Source of the DNA: an uncultured Actinomycetota bacterium
Lineage (GTDB): Bacteria > Actinomycetota > Actinomycetes > Streptosporangiales > Streptosporangiaceae
Length of the DNA stretch: 64,000 nucleotides
Reading direction: 5' to 3'
NCBI GenBank assembly: GCA_963809195.1
Contig: CAWEIQ010000007.1
Location: 19,209 to 83,208, forward strand
Below the pieces are notes generated by a model that made no database searches, was not told the origin of the DNA, and saw only the letters and a list, made by a program, of their open reading frames with translations. Made by a program: the position numbers and the translations under genes. This document shows positions 1 to 10,449 of the stretch, piece by piece; position 1 is the first letter of the stretch; each line of letters opens with the position of its first letter.

Positions 1-615
1 TGCACTGGCAATGTGCTGCTGGCAGCATGGCGGATGCGGTGGCGCCGATCGCATTCGCAATCAAGGGCGGGCCGCACGCGAGGCTGCTGTGGCAGTACAA
101 GTCGACTCGGCCTGCAGTCGCGGATGCCGGGCATGCGATGACGATCCGCGCCATGCTCCTGGTCTTCCTGCGCGATCACGGTCGTTGCCTGTGGCGCGCC
201 GCCGGCTCGGCCCGCCCGACGCACGTCGCCGTCGTCCCGACAGCCAGGGGGCGGCCAGGCACGCATCCGCTGCGCTCGCTGGTGCAGGGCTACCTGACGA
301 TCCCGTGGGCCGATCTGGTAGCAAGGCCGGGCGGAGAACAGGTGAGGGATCTGGACCCTGAGCGATTCAGAGCCAGGGCCGCTGCCAGGAGCTCATGTGT
401 TGCTGATCGATGACACCTGGACGACAGGGTCGAGCGCCCAGTCGGCTGCCATCGCGCTGCGCGCGGCCGGAGCCACCTCGGTCGTCACGGTTGTGATCGG
501 CCGGCACGTCGGCCGGCCCGCAGCGGAGCAGGCCGGTCTCGGACCGGCTGCCATGCCGTTCCGCATGGACAGCTGTGCGGTTCATCAGGACCATGCGGTC
601 GGCTCGCAACCATAG
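1..615 (+). pseudogene. Phosphoribosyltransferase (ComF-like) family protein; 5' end outside the window, one frameshift
   Basis: The frame of ORF 27..413 stays open to the window edge. The PRTase signature VLLIDDTWTTGSSA lies in ORF 397..615, one frame over. The junction near 370-400 reads ...FRA/GPLPGAHVLLIDD after a +1 shift. Confidence 0.6.
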
Positions 616-628
616 GCTTGACCCTGTG

Positions 629-1388
629 ATGACCGCCCCGCCAGCCACGCAGAAGCCCGCGCCACAGGTCCGCCGCAAGGCGGCCAAGGGGGAGCCGTCC
701 AGGACCGCGTTGGTCCGCCGGGCCCGGCGTATCAACAAGGAGCTCGCCGAGCTGTATCCGGACGCGCACACCGAGCTGGACTTCACCACTCCGCTCGAGC
801 TGCTGGTCGCGACGATCCTGTCGGCACAGACAACAGACAAGCGGCGTCAATTTGGTCACGCCGGTCCTCTTCGCCAGGTACCGGACCGCCGCCGACCTGG
901 CTGGGGCGGACCGCGACGAGGTCGAGAAGATCATCGTGACGACCGGCTTCTTCCGTGCCAAGACCACCAGCATCATCGGTCTCGGGCAGGCGCTGTGCGA
1001 GCGGTTCGGCGGCGAGGTGCCGCGCAAGCTCAAGGACCTGGTCACCCTGCCTGGTGTGGGCAGGAAGACGGCCAACGTGGTGCTCGGCAACGCGTTCGGG
1101 ATTCCCGGCATCACCGTCGATACGCACTTCGGGCGGCTCGCCAGGAGGTTCGGCTGGACCACGTCTGACGACCCCGTCAAGGTCGAGCAGGAGGTCGGGG
1201 CGCTGTTCCCGAAGTCGGAGTGGACGATGCTCTCCCACCGGCTGATCTGGCACGGCCGCCGGGTCTGTCACGCGCGCCGGCCGGCCTGCGGAGCGTGCGG
1301 TATCGCGGCGCTCTGCCCGTCCTACGGCGAGGGCCCGACCGACCCGGCCGTGGCGGCCAAGCTGGTCAAGCCAGGGCCATTCTCGTGA
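629..1388 (+). pseudogene. nth: Endonuclease III (Nth), one frameshift
   Basis: The N-terminal part ([17 protein letters not shown]) is in the frame of ORF 575..1168. The rest (VTPVLF..., [12 protein letters not shown] helix-hairpin-helix, Fe-S cluster [17 protein letters not shown]) is in ORF 852..1388. One extra base sits near 846-850. Confidence 0.8.
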
Positions 1389-2095
1389 CGGCCGCCGGAT
1401 ACGACCGCGAGCCAGAACCCGCCCCTGCCGAACGCGGCCAGGTGCCAGTCTGGCTGCGTGACCTGGCCAGGTCGGCTGCGGCGATGACCGTGCCGCCCGG
1501 GTTGCGCCCGCCCGCCAACGGCGGCCGGCACTCGGCGATCCTGATCCTCTTCGGTGACGGCCAGGCCGGTCCTGACGTCCTGCTCGTGCAGCGCAGCCAG
1601 TCGCTCCGACGGCACGCAGGCCAGCCCGCGTTCCCAGGCGGCGTGATCGACGCCGGTGACGACGGGCCGGTCGGAGCGGCCTTGCGCGAGGCGGCCGAGG
1701 AGGCCGGGGTCGACCCGGCCGGCGTGGACGTCGTCGGCGTGCTGCCCGACCTGTACATCTCGCGCACCGGCTACCGCGTGTCCCCGGTGCTCGCCTGGTG
1801 GCGCAAGCCGGTGCCCGTGGCCCCCGGCGACCCGGCGGAGGTCACCGCCGTCGCACGCGTCCCGGTTGCCGACCTCGCCGATCCTCGCCGACGGCTCATG
1901 ATCAGGTATCCGGGCGGTCATGCGGGACCCGCGTTCCGCGCCGGCGAGATGCTTGTCTGGGGGTTCACCGCGTTCGTCGTCGACCGATTGCTGGCGATGG
2001 GGGGCTGGGAGCGACCGTGGGACGGCGACACCGTTGCCGACCTGCCGCCGGGCATGCGGCTGACGGGAATCGAGAACCCGGGCCCGGTTAATTGA
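1385..2095 (+). CDS. NUDIX hydrolase (CoA-pyrophosphatase-like)
   Basis: Nudix box [25 protein letters not shown] in ORF 1220..2095. The likely GTG start at 1385 overlaps the nth stop (GTGA). Its position after nth matches mycobacterial synteny. Confidence 0.8.
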   Translation: MTAAGYDREPEPAPAERGQVPVWLRDLARSAAAMTVPPGLRPPANGGRHSAILILFGDGQAGPDVLLVQRSQSLRRHAGQPAFPGGVIDAGDDGPVGAALREAAEEAGVDPAGVDVVGVLPDLYISRTGYRVSPVLAWWRKPVPVAPGDPAEVTAVARVPVADLADPRRRLMIRYPGGHAGPAFRAGEMLVWGFTAFVVDRLLAMGGWERPWDGDTVADLPPGMRLTGIENPGPVN

Positions 2096-2205
2096 GCGGA
2101 GTGAGCGATTGAGCGGAGAATTGAGCGGCCGGACCTGGCGAGACGCGAGCCGGGGATCAGCGTCTGTCGTTCCATCCTGCCCGGATCAAAAGATAGCGTT
2201 AAGCC

Positions 2206-3399
2206 GTGTCCGGTGACCTGCTCGACCTGGTGCTGATCGCGCTCGCGGCCGCCTTCGCCGTGGCAGGGTACCGGCAGGGTTTCATCATCGGCGTGCTCAG
2301 CTTCGTTGGCTTCACCGGCGGCGCGCTGGCCGGTATCTACCTCGCCCCCGGCCTGGCCATGGCATTGACCAGCCGCCAGAATCTGCAGGCAGTCCTGGCC
2401 ATTATCGCGGTCTTCGCCACCGCCGTGGCCGGCATGCTCGTCGCGTCAGCGTTCGGCGTCCTGCTCCGCTCGCACGTGACGGGCCGCCCGTCGACGCTGA
2501 TCGACTCCATTGGAGGCGCGGCCGTAAACGTGGTCGCGATCCTCGTCCTCGCCTGGCTGATCGGCAACCTCGTCGCGTACGCGCCGCCGTTTCCTGCCAT
2601 TTCCCGGCAGGTCAATGACTCGCTGCTGCTGCGCGGAGTTGACCGGCTGATACCGCAGAGCGCGAGGCCGGAGTTCACCGCGCTGCGCAAGCTGCTGAGT
2701 ACCCAGCCATATGTGCAGGTCTTCGGAGCGCTCGGAGCTGAGACGGCGCTGAACGTACCGAGCCTCGACCGGTCCGTGCTGCACGCGGCCGGCCTGCGCA
2801 AGGACCGGAACAGCGTGGTGAAGATCGAGGGACTCGCGCCGACCTGCTCGCGCACCATCGAAGGCAGCGGCTTCGTGATCAGCAAGGATCACGTCATCAC
2901 GAACGCTCACGTAGTCGCAGGCATCGACAAGCCTGAGGTCTACACGAGGTTCGCCTCCGGCGAGCACCCGGCGCGCGTCGTGCTCTTCGACCCGGAGAGC
3001 GACATCGCCGTGCTGTACGTGCCGGGCCTCGATCTGGCAGCCCTGCACTTCGCGGATGCGGCGCCCTTCGGCGCGAGCGCGGTTGTGGCAGGCTACCCGC
3101 TCGACGCCGCGTTCACCGCCAGGCCCGCCCGGGTCGGCAGGTCTGAATTCGCCAGCGGCCCGGACATCTATGACACCAAGCGGGTGGTCCGCGACATCTA
3201 CCCGATCCGGGCCGTGGTGAAGCCCGGCAACTCGGGCGGCCCGCTGATCGCGCCGAATGGCCAGGTCTACGGCATGGTGTTCGCCGCCGCCGTCTCGGTG
3301 CCGCAGACCGGCTACGCGCTCACCGCCAGCCAGCTGGCCGATGACATCAGGGCTGGTGCCAACAGGACCGCGGCAACAGAAACGGGAGCCTGCCAGTAG
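2206..3399 (+). CDS. marP: MarP-type membrane-anchored trypsin-like serine protease (CvpA-like N-terminus)
   Basis: Four N-terminal TM helices plus a chymotrypsin-fold C-terminus (ITNAHVV, DIAVL, GNSGGP). It follows nth and Nudix, as Rv3671c does in M. tuberculosis. Intact 397-aa ORF. Confidence 0.8.
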   Translation: MSGDLLDLVLIALAAAFAVAGYRQGFIIGVLSFVGFTGGALAGIYLAPGLAMALTSRQNLQAVLAIIAVFATAVAGMLVASAFGVLLRSHVTGRPSTLIDSIGGAAVNVVAILVLAWLIGNLVAYAPPFPAISRQVNDSLLLRGVDRLIPQSARPEFTALRKLLSTQPYVQVFGALGAETALNVPSLDRSVLHAAGLRKDRNSVVKIEGLAPTCSRTIEGSGFVISKDHVITNAHVVAGIDKPEVYTRFASGEHPARVVLFDPESDIAVLYVPGLDLAALHFADAAPFGASAVVAGYPLDAAFTARPARVGRSEFASGPDIYDTKRVVRDIYPIRAVVKPGNSGGPLIAPNGQVYGMVFAAAVSVPQTGYALTASQLADDIRAGANRTAATETGACQ

Positions 3400-3429
3400 C
3401 GGGGTCCGCGAGGCTCGCCGGTTCCTTGG

Positions 3430-3966
3430 CTAGCCGCTCAGCGGCACCCTGAGGTCGCCAGGAGGGACCGCGTCGAGGCCGCGCGCTGCGATCACGTCGG
3501 CCAGTTCAGTGGTGGATGCCACGATGGCGTGCAGGTCGAGCCCGGGCGGCATGGTCGTCTGCGGTCCTGAAGGACCGGTCCCGGCGCCCGCGCCGCCTAT
3601 GGAGCCATCCACCGCTGCCGCGCCGCGCCTGAGCAGGCTGACGGCGCCCCTGCTGTTTCCACGCCTCGCGTGGGTCAGGCCCACCGCGATCTGTGCGAGC
3701 CCCTTCCAGAGTGCGCGCTGGTCCGCGGGCGAGGACTTCCAGGTCGCCTCGAGCACCTCGTGAGCGTGGAACGGCCGGCCGTCGTCAATGAGACGCTGCG
3801 CGAGCCGGACCGCCTCGGCAGGAGTCAGCTGCAGGTCCTCGGGCATGACGGCCTCGCCTGCGGCACCATGCGGCAGCGGCCTGCCGAGTCCGTCCCGTGG
3901 CCTGGCGTTCTTCGGCCGGCCCGCTGGGTCACGATCTCGCTCGGGGGCAGACCCCGGCAGCGTCAC
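3430..3966 (-). CDS. DUF309 domain protein
   Basis: RPFHAHEVLEATWK...LWKGLAQIAVGLTHARRGN is typical of DUF309. The GTG start overlaps the stop of the upstream hydrolase (GTGA at 3963-3966). Confidence 0.7.
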   Translation of the reverse strand: MTLPGSAPERDRDPAGRPKNARPRDGLGRPLPHGAAGEAVMPEDLQLTPAEAVRLAQRLIDDGRPFHAHEVLEATWKSSPADQRALWKGLAQIAVGLTHARRGNSRGAVSLLRRGAAAVDGSIGGAGAGTGPSGPQTTMPPGLDLHAIVASTTELADVIAARGLDAVPPGDLRVPLSG

Positions 3967-4883
3967 CGCTCCGGCTCGGGATCGAGCAGCCAGGAACGCA
4001 GCTCAAGGTCAAACCGGTCCGGCATCTCCTCGTGCGGGAAGTGCCCTGCCCCGTCGATCAGCCGCCACCGGTACGGCGCATCCACGTACGTGCCCGACCC
4101 GCGGGCGGCCCGCGGTCGGACACAGCTGTCGAGCGCTCCGTGAATCTGCAACGTCGGTGCCTGGACGGAGTTCCGCATCGCCTTGGCGTATCGCATTCCG
4201 TCGGGCCGTAGTCGCGACCTGAGCAGCCAGCGGTGGTATTCAAGCGCGGAGTGGGCCACGGACGGCAGGCTCATCGCGGCCCGGTAGATGCGCTCGGTGT
4301 CGGGATCGGGCCAGCCAGGGCCGGCCCAGGAGGAAAGCAGCATTCCGACGCGCTCGGCGTGATTGCGCAGCAGTTGCCGCTCGGGCAGCATCGGCATCTG
4401 GAAACCAAGCGCATAGCCGCTGCTGCGGCCCTGGCCGAGCGGATCGGCGAGCACGGCCGCGCGCAGCCGGAGCGGGTGCGCTGCCGAGACGATCGCGAGC
4501 CTGCGGATGACCTTCGGGAAGTAAGAGGCCATGGTCCACGCGATCATGCCGCCCCAGTCGTGCCCCACGACGACGGCGTTGGCCTCACCGAGCGAGCGGA
4601 CCATCCCGGCAGCGTCCGAGGCGGCCGTCACCAGGTCGTAGCCGCGCGGCGGCTTGTCGCTGCCGCCGTAGCCGCGCAGGTCAACGGCGACGGCGCGAAA
4701 GCCGGCGTCGCTGAGCGTGCTGAGCTGATGCCGCCATGTCCACCAGAACTCAGGGAAACCGTGCAGCAGCAAGACAAGCGGCCCGTCGCCGCTCTCTGCG
4801 ATGTGGAAGCGCGTGCCGTTGGCACTCACCGAGCGGTGGGACCACGGGCCGTCGAGATAGACCGACGCTTCGCCCCTGGTCAT
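3963..4883 (-). CDS. Alpha/beta hydrolase, epoxide-hydrolase-like
   Basis: LLLHGFPEFWWTWRHQ and the nucleophile elbow GHDWGG. Intact 306-aa ORF. Its position is equivalent to ephE next to marP in mycobacteria. Confidence 0.8.
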   Translation of the reverse strand: MTRGEASVYLDGPWSHRSVSANGTRFHIAESGDGPLVLLLHGFPEFWWTWRHQLSTLSDAGFRAVAVDLRGYGGSDKPPRGYDLVTAASDAAGMVRSLGEANAVVVGHDWGGMIAWTMASYFPKVIRRLAIVSAAHPLRLRAAVLADPLGQGRSSGYALGFQMPMLPERQLLRNHAERVGMLLSSWAGPGWPDPDTERIYRAAMSLPSVAHSALEYHRWLLRSRLRPDGMRYAKAMRNSVQAPTLQIHGALDSCVRPRAARGSGTYVDAPYRWRLIDGAGHFPHEEMPDRFDLELRSWLLDPEPER

Positions 4884-4886
4884 TGG

Positions 4887-5330
4887 CTACCTGGCTCGCG
4901 CCGGCGCAGACGCCGTGTCGGAGTCGTCGCGCTTGATCAGGGCCAGGTCGTCCGAGACTGTGGTCCTGGTCTTGCGCAGTCCGGTCAGTCGCTTGAACCG
5001 CGTGATGCCGATCAGCACGGCAAGGGCGGCGAGCACGACGTAGGTGCCCGCGACGATCAGGAAGGCCGCCCAGAGCCAGATCCCAGCGGTGTGCAGCCCG
5101 TAGGCGTACGCAAAGCTCAGCACCATGAGCACGAGGCAGCCGACGAACGCGGCCATGCCGAACAGCACTGCCCCGATCCCGAGCCGGCGGGCATCGGTCT
5201 TGAGTTCCAGCTTGGCCAGGTCGACCTCGTACCTGACGAGCTGTGAGATGTCGCTGACGGCCAGTGCGACAAGGTCGCCAAGAGTCTCCTTGGCGGTCGG
5301 CTCCTGACCTGTGAACGTGGGTCCGGCCAT
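4887..5330 (-). CDS. Small membrane protein of the actinobacterial holin-X / DUF1469 type
   Basis: Two TM helices after LVRYEVDLAKLELKTDARRLG. The start is taken at MAGPTF (5330) inside ORF 4887..5486. Confidence 0.6.
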   Translation of the reverse strand: MAGPTFTGQEPTAKETLGDLVALAVSDISQLVRYEVDLAKLELKTDARRLGIGAVLFGMAAFVGCLVLMVLSFAYAYGLHTAGIWLWAAFLIVAGTYVVLAALAVLIGITRFKRLTGLRKTRTTVSDDLALIKRDDSDTASAPARAR

Positions 5331-5517
5331 ACTCCCTCCTTTCCTCGCTGTGGAGTCCAGTCTCCCGCATGTGCTCATGTGATATTCGCTTGGCGTCCCA
5401 TTCGGCAGTAACGGGATTTCCCCAGCTGGACAACTGCCGCCAGGCCGGTCACGCTGACTCACCCCGCGAAACCGACATGGGCGCAACTGCCTGGCGAAAG
5501 GCCGGTAGAGACGAAGC

Positions 5518-5546
5518 AGGCGGCGCCCCGGTTCGGGGCGCCGCCT
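5518..5546 (-). terminator. GC-rich hairpin, probable intrinsic terminator
   Basis: Perfect 13-bp stem aggcggcgccccg / cggggcgccgcct with a 3-nt loop, 9 nt downstream of the stop of the small minus-strand ORF. On the minus strand it is followed by GCUUCGUCUCU. Confidence 0.5.
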
Positions 5547-5554
5547 GAAACACG

Positions 5555-5716
5555 TCAGGCGCGGGTTACCAAGCGTGCACCCTTACTGCCGGGCAGGGCA
5601 CCCTGACCGATCGCCTGGGGGCGCTCGGTCCACTTGATGCTCCTGCCTCGGCCGCCTCCCGCGGCTGGTCGCGCGTGGGTACCCGGCTGCCGTGTCAGGA
5701 CCAGTAGTCCGTGACT
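5555..5716 (-). CDS. Hypothetical small Arg/Gly-rich protein (53 aa); could instead be a non-coding transcript
   Basis: ATG at 5716 (MSHGLLVLTRQPG...) inside ORF 5555..5794. A strong hairpin lies directly 3'. I recognise no homologue and the ribosome-binding site is weak. Confidence 0.25.
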   Translation of the reverse strand, partial: SHGLLVLTRQPGTHARPAAGGGRGRSIKWTERPQAIGQGALPGSKGARLVTRA

Positions 5717-5853
5717 CATTTCTACGACGGATCCCCTGGCTTGGGAAGACCTCATCGTGATCGATTCGTGATCTTTATCGAAGCTGCTGTTCACATGTAC
5801 GAGAGGCTCGCTGCCGCACTGCCCTGCGGCCAGCCGCTGTGATACAGGTCTGG

Positions 5854-6540
5854 TCAGGCGAAGTCGAGTACCGGCCAGCCGCGCGCCAGCGCAGCCCTCC
5901 GCAGCTGGCGGTCAGGGTTCACGGCGTGCGGATGACCGACGGATTCGAGCATCGGGAGGTCGGTGGCGGAGTCGCTGTAGGCGAAGCAGTCAGCGAGCGC
6001 ATACCCGCGCTCGACGGCGAGTTGCCGAATCCGCGCTGCCTTCCCTTCGCCGTAGGCGTAGAAATCCATCTCGCCGGTGTAGCGGCCATCGGCGTGCCGC
6101 ATCTGCGTGGCGATGATGCCGGACGCGCCGAGCATCGCCCCGATCGGGCCGACCATCTCCTGGCCCGATGTTGAGACGATGAACACGTCGCGGCCGGCCG
6201 CCTTGTGCGCGTCGAGCAGCCTGCGAGCGTCGGCGTAGATGAGCGGCGCAATGGTCACGGCCAGGTTCGCCGTGACAATCTCGGTAACACGTTCCACTGG
6301 CCAGCCCTGACAGAGCCGGCTGACTTGCTCCCTGATCCGCTGCATCTGCTCGTGATCGGCGCCGCCGACGCGGAACACAAGGTGCGCGAAGGCACCGCGA
6401 GCCGCCTGTACGCGGTTAATCAGACCGTGACGATAAAATGACGGAACGAATGCAAGCGTGCTGGACCGCGAAATTATGGTTTTATCCAGGTCAAAGAACG
6501 CGGCAGCGGCCGCTGGCCGGCAGCCGGCCGGAGTATCCAT
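5854..6540 (-). CDS. HAD-IB family hydrolase (SerB-like)
   Basis: Motif I FFDLDKTII and a late SDSATDLPML motif. The start is chosen at MDTPAG (6540) within ORF 5854..6609. Confidence 0.75.
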   Translation of the reverse strand: MDTPAGCRPAAAAAFFDLDKTIISRSSTLAFVPSFYRHGLINRVQAARGAFAHLVFRVGGADHEQMQRIREQVSRLCQGWPVERVTEIVTANLAVTIAPLIYADARRLLDAHKAAGRDVFIVSTSGQEMVGPIGAMLGASGIIATQMRHADGRYTGEMDFYAYGEGKAARIRQLAVERGYALADCFAYSDSATDLPMLESVGHPHAVNPDRQLRRAALARGWPVLDFA

Positions 6541-6627
6541 GGCGCGCAGCATAGGCAACCAAGGTGAAATCCAATCTTCGTTGCGGCTGACTGACTGGTA
6601 ACTTTGCACCGCTGCGCGTAGGATTTC

Positions 6628-6712
6628 CTGAGTTACGGAACCGCTCTGTCCCCCCGGAGCCGGGCCGTACGGCGACCCCCGCTCTCCCCCCCGGCGGGGG
6701 TCGCCCCTTTTT
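6628..6712 (+). ncRNA. 6C small RNA (approximate 5' end)
   Basis: Two hairpins have C-run loops (CCCCCC at 6650-6655; CCCCCCC at 6686-6692). The second is a perfect 12-bp stem (6671-6682 / 6694-6705) followed by TTTTT (6708-6712). A TAnnnT -10-like hexamer TAGGAT lies at 6619-6624. It is divergent from a HAD gene, the neighbourhood I recall for 6C/B11 next to Rv3661. Confidence 0.6.
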
Positions 6713-6749
6713 ACCTGGCGTTATGCCTGTCCGCCCGTCAGGCCGGGGA

Positions 6750-9178
6750 TCACCTTGGTGCACCGGAGAGCAGCCGGTCGAGCAGCGCGAGTGCGCCTGC
6801 TTTCGACAGCGGCTCGTTGCCGCTGCCACATTTAGGCGACTGAATGCACGACGGACAGCCGGCCGCACATTCGCAGTCCGTAATCGCGAGCGCGGTTGCT
6901 CGCAACCAGGGACCGGCGGCGGCGAATCCGCGTTCCGCGAATCCCGCTCCGCCGTCGTGGCCGTCATATACGAAGACGGTCAGCCGGCCCGTCTGATGGT
7001 GCAGATCGGTCGAGACTCCGCCGACGTCCCAGCGGTCGCACGCCGCTACAAGCGGCAGCAGGCCGATGGACGCGTGCTCAGCCGCGTGCGCGGCGCCCGG
7101 CAGGTCAATTCCGGCTTCGGCGAGCGCGTCTCGCTGCGCTGGCGAGATCGTCCACCACACCGCCCTGGTCCGCAGCGTCCTGGACGGAAGGTCGAGGGCG
7201 AAATCACCGATCCGCTGGCCGGTCTCCGGATTTCTGCGGGTGAAGGACATCACCTGCCTGGTGACCAGGACGTCGCCGAAGTGCATGACCGCATCGCCCC
7301 AGTCGCTGCGCTGGTGCTCGGCCGCGATCTGGATATCAGTCAGCTGGTGGGCTGAGGTGACGAATCCTGGGTCGCCTGGCTGGACCAGCGCGACACCGTC
7401 GGCGAGGTCCAGGCTCGTCACGAGAAAGAGGTCGCCCTGATGGGAGTAGACGGCACCTGCGTGCAGCAAAGAGTGGCTGGACGGCTCGTCCATTGTGCCG
7501 ATCAGCCGTCCTGTGGCCTGCTCAACCACCCGGATCGGTCGGCCGCCGGTGCCGCGCAGGCTCGCCAGCGGCGCCTTTCGCCCGGTTAGGTGCCAGCGCC
7601 CGCCACGGTCCCTGAAGATCCCCTGCCGGGCGAGGTCGGCGATCAAGCCGGGTGCTGCAGGCCCGAACAGCCGGACGTCGTCACTGGTCAGCGGGATCTC
7701 GGCGGCAGCAGCACATAGATGCGGGGCAAGGATGTAAGGGTTGGCCGGGTCGAGCACTGTCGCCTCGACGGGCTGGTGCAGCAGTGCCTCAGGGTGGTGC
7801 ACCAGGTAGGTGTCGAGGGGGTCGTCCCTGGCGATCAGGATGGCCACGGCTTCGTCAGCCTCGCGGCCATCGCCGCTGCCGCGGCCAGCACGGCCGGCGC
7901 GGCCGGCCTCCTGCCAGAGCGCAGCCCTCGTGCCTGGCCAGCCGGCGATGATCACGGCGTCCAGGCCAGCGATGTTGATGCCGAGCTCGAGCGCTGGCGT
8001 GGCTGCCAGTGCCGTGATCGCGCCGCTGCGCAGCCCTTCTTCGAGGTCGCGCCGCTCCTGCGGCAGATAGCCGGACCGGTAGGCCGCGACACGGTGGGCA
8101 AGGTCGGCCGCCCCGGTCTCGGTCAGGCGGCTCCGGGCCGCGGCCGCCGCCGCCTCGGCCCCCCGCCGTGACCTTATGAACGCCAGCGCAGGAACGCCGT
8201 CCCTGACCAGTTCGGCCAGCATGCCGGCGGTCTCGGCGACCACGGAGCGACGGAGCGGCGCGTCGGCCTCTCCGCGCATGGTGCTCATCGGCGGCTCCCA
8301 CATCGCGAACGTCACGGCTCCGTGCGGCGCTGCGTCCTCGGTGACAGCGTCGGCGGGGAGCCCGGTCAGGAGCTCGGCCGCCGAGGCCGGCTCACTGATC
8401 GTCGCCGACGCCAGCATGAAGACCAGCTCGGGCGCATCAGCCTCACGGTGATGCGCAGCGACGCGGCGGAGCCGCCTGCAGCACATGCGCGACGTGCGAC
8501 CCGAACACGCCGCGGTAGCCGTGACACTCGTCCACGATGACGTAGCGCAGCCTGCGCAGGAACCCGCTCCAGCGCTGATGTTGCGGTAGCAGGCCGTAGT
8601 GCAGCATGTCCGGCGTGGTGAGCATGTACGTCGCGTACTTGCGAGCCCAGGCGCGCTGGTGATGCGGCGTGTCAGAGTCGACGACGGCAGGCCTGAGCCC
8701 CAGCCCGCGCCCTGCCTGTGCCGACCTGGAGGCACGACCCCCCATGACCCCCCCGCCGTGGCCGCCGAGGCAGTGGAGCAGGTTCAGCTGGTCCGCAGCC
8801 AGCGCCTTGGTTGGCGCCAGGTAGAGCGCAGTGGCGCCCTCGCCGATGGCGGTCAGCGCGGGAGTGAGATAGCCGACCGACTTCCCGGACGCCGTGCCTG
8901 TGGCAAGAATCACATTCCGGCCGGCCCTGGCCAGGTCGGCCGCCGCGGCCTGATGCTCCCACGGCGCAGCGATCCCCGCCCGGGCGAACGCGGCGATGAG
9001 CTCAGCGGGAACCCAGGCCAGGCCACGAGGCGGCCCGGCCTGGGAGCGCGGGCATCCGCTCGACGTGGGTCAGACGGCCAGAGGCTGCTCCGCGCCGCAA
9101 GATGGCTTGTGCGCCGGCGGCTCCGGCTGGCCAGCTGGCGATCGCCGTCCGCCGGCGGCAGCGGTGCTGATCAGGCAT
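6750..9178 (-). pseudogene. DEAD/DEAH-box helicase with C-terminal DUF1998/MrfA zinc domain; at least 2 frameshifts
   Basis: It is read in three frames. ~9178-9005 gives LTHVERMPALPGR. ORF 8443..8913 gives Walker A ATGTASGKS and DECH box VIVDECHGYRG. ORF 6750..8735 gives the helicase C domain and CECAAGCPSCIQSPKCGSGN. The junctions lie near 9005 and 8460. Confidence 0.8.
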
Positions 9179-9329
9179 GGTGTAACGAAGTTTGTCATCG
9201 GCGGGCCGGGTAACTCGAACTGTGATCTGGTATAGACATGTGCTCGGGCATGGTTGAATGCGCGGCGGGAGCATCTCGTCCGGCGCGCCGGACGAGATCT
9301 GCTCGGCCGACGGCTGGGATAATGGACGC

Positions 9330-9698
9330 ATGGCGCAGGAGGAATCTGTGGATCTGAAGCTAGATCACCACAACAAGGACGGCATCGAGATCGTCGACGT
9401 GGAAGGCGAGATCGATGTCTATACCGCGCCGCGTCTCCGTGAACTCCTTATTGACCTGGTGAACAACGGTCATTACCAGCTCGTCGTGAACATGGAAAAG
9501 GTGGAGTTCCTCGATTCCACCGGTCTGGGTGTCCTGGTCGGCGGGCTCAAGCGGGTCCGGGCCCATGACGGATCGCTTGACCTGGTCTGCACGCAGGAGC
9601 GGATCTTGAAGATCTTCCGCATCACAGGGCTGACGAAGGTCTTCGGCATCCATGACACGGTCGATGAGGCGATCGAGCACCGTAAGTCAGAGAAGTAG
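9330..9698 (+). CDS. bldG: Anti-sigma-factor antagonist (STAS domain), BldG-like
   Basis: [16 protein letters not shown]...[24 protein letters not shown]...[16 protein letters not shown]. The order helicase, STAS, anti-sigma kinase, hppA is as I recall it around bldG in Streptomyces. Confidence 0.8.
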   Translation: MAQEESVDLKLDHHNKDGIEIVDVEGEIDVYTAPRLRELLIDLVNNGHYQLVVNMEKVEFLDSTGLGVLVGGLKRVRAHDGSLDLVCTQERILKIFRITGLTKVFGIHDTVDEAIEHRKSEK

Positions 9699-9727
9699 CC
9701 ACCCAGGGTTGCGTGGGGTGGCACGAG

Positions 9728-10177
9728 ATGGCAACAGTTGAGGTCACCTTCACGCCGCTGGCTGCCCATGTGCGAACGGCAAGGCTCGTCGCAACCGCCG
9801 TGGCACGGCGCAGCGGGGTGGCTGAGTCCCTGATGGACGAGGTTCGCCTAGCGGTGGGCGAGGCGTGCTCACGCGCGGTCGAGACGCACGCGAGCCAGTG
9901 CCCTGACGAGCCGGTCAGGGTGGCACTGTCCAGTGAGGCCGGGCGCTTCGAGATCGAGGTCATGAACGCCGGCAGGCCAGGCGGTCTCGGCGCGGGAACC
10001 GCCAGCGGCGGATTCGTGCCGAAGGCGGGTGATGGCAACATCATGCCGCCGGGCTTCTCGCTCGCCGTCATCGCCGGGCTGGCGGACGACGTTCAGATCA
10101 GCGAGACGGAGGCGGGCACGAGTGTCAAGATGAGCTGGCCGCTGTCCGGCTCCCTGGCCGCTGGTTCACCCGCCTGA
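9728..10177 (+). CDS. Anti-sigma factor / serine kinase (RsbW-like HATPase)
   Basis: Directly downstream of the STAS gene. N-terminal RTARLVATAVARRSGV...VRLAVGEACSRAV is typical of RsbW/SpoIIAB-type kinases. Confidence 0.7.
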   Translation: MATVEVTFTPLAAHVRTARLVATAVARRSGVAESLMDEVRLAVGEACSRAVETHASQCPDEPVRVALSSEAGRFEIEVMNAGRPGGLGAGTASGGFVPKAGDGNIMPPGFSLAVIAGLADDVQISETEAGTSVKMSWPLSGSLAAGSPA

Positions 10178-10449
10178 GTCAGCGGCCGGCTCCTCAGCCC
10201 GAGGCAGGCGTATGCGACACTCTCGTCAGTTACCGTTTGATCACGAACGGGTCGCAGCGCCGTGACATCCGGACCCGACGCCCCGCAGAGGGCCCCGGAT
10301 GCGTAGACTCCCGGCACGCCGTGTCCACGTGATGAAACGTGCGGACTCGCTACATGTGCGACCTGACGACATTGCGGAGTGTTTGCGTGACATACCTAGC
10401 CGGTTCGTGTTCCGCTGCGCGCGGACCGGCCCGGCTAGGCTAGCGTTCC

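Noticed and set aside
4887-5486. Holin-like gene as a sign of a prophage or lysis cassette
   Set aside because: No endolysin, integrase, terminase or structural genes are nearby. The gene sits in conserved marP / epoxide-hydrolase synteny as an ordinary small membrane protein.
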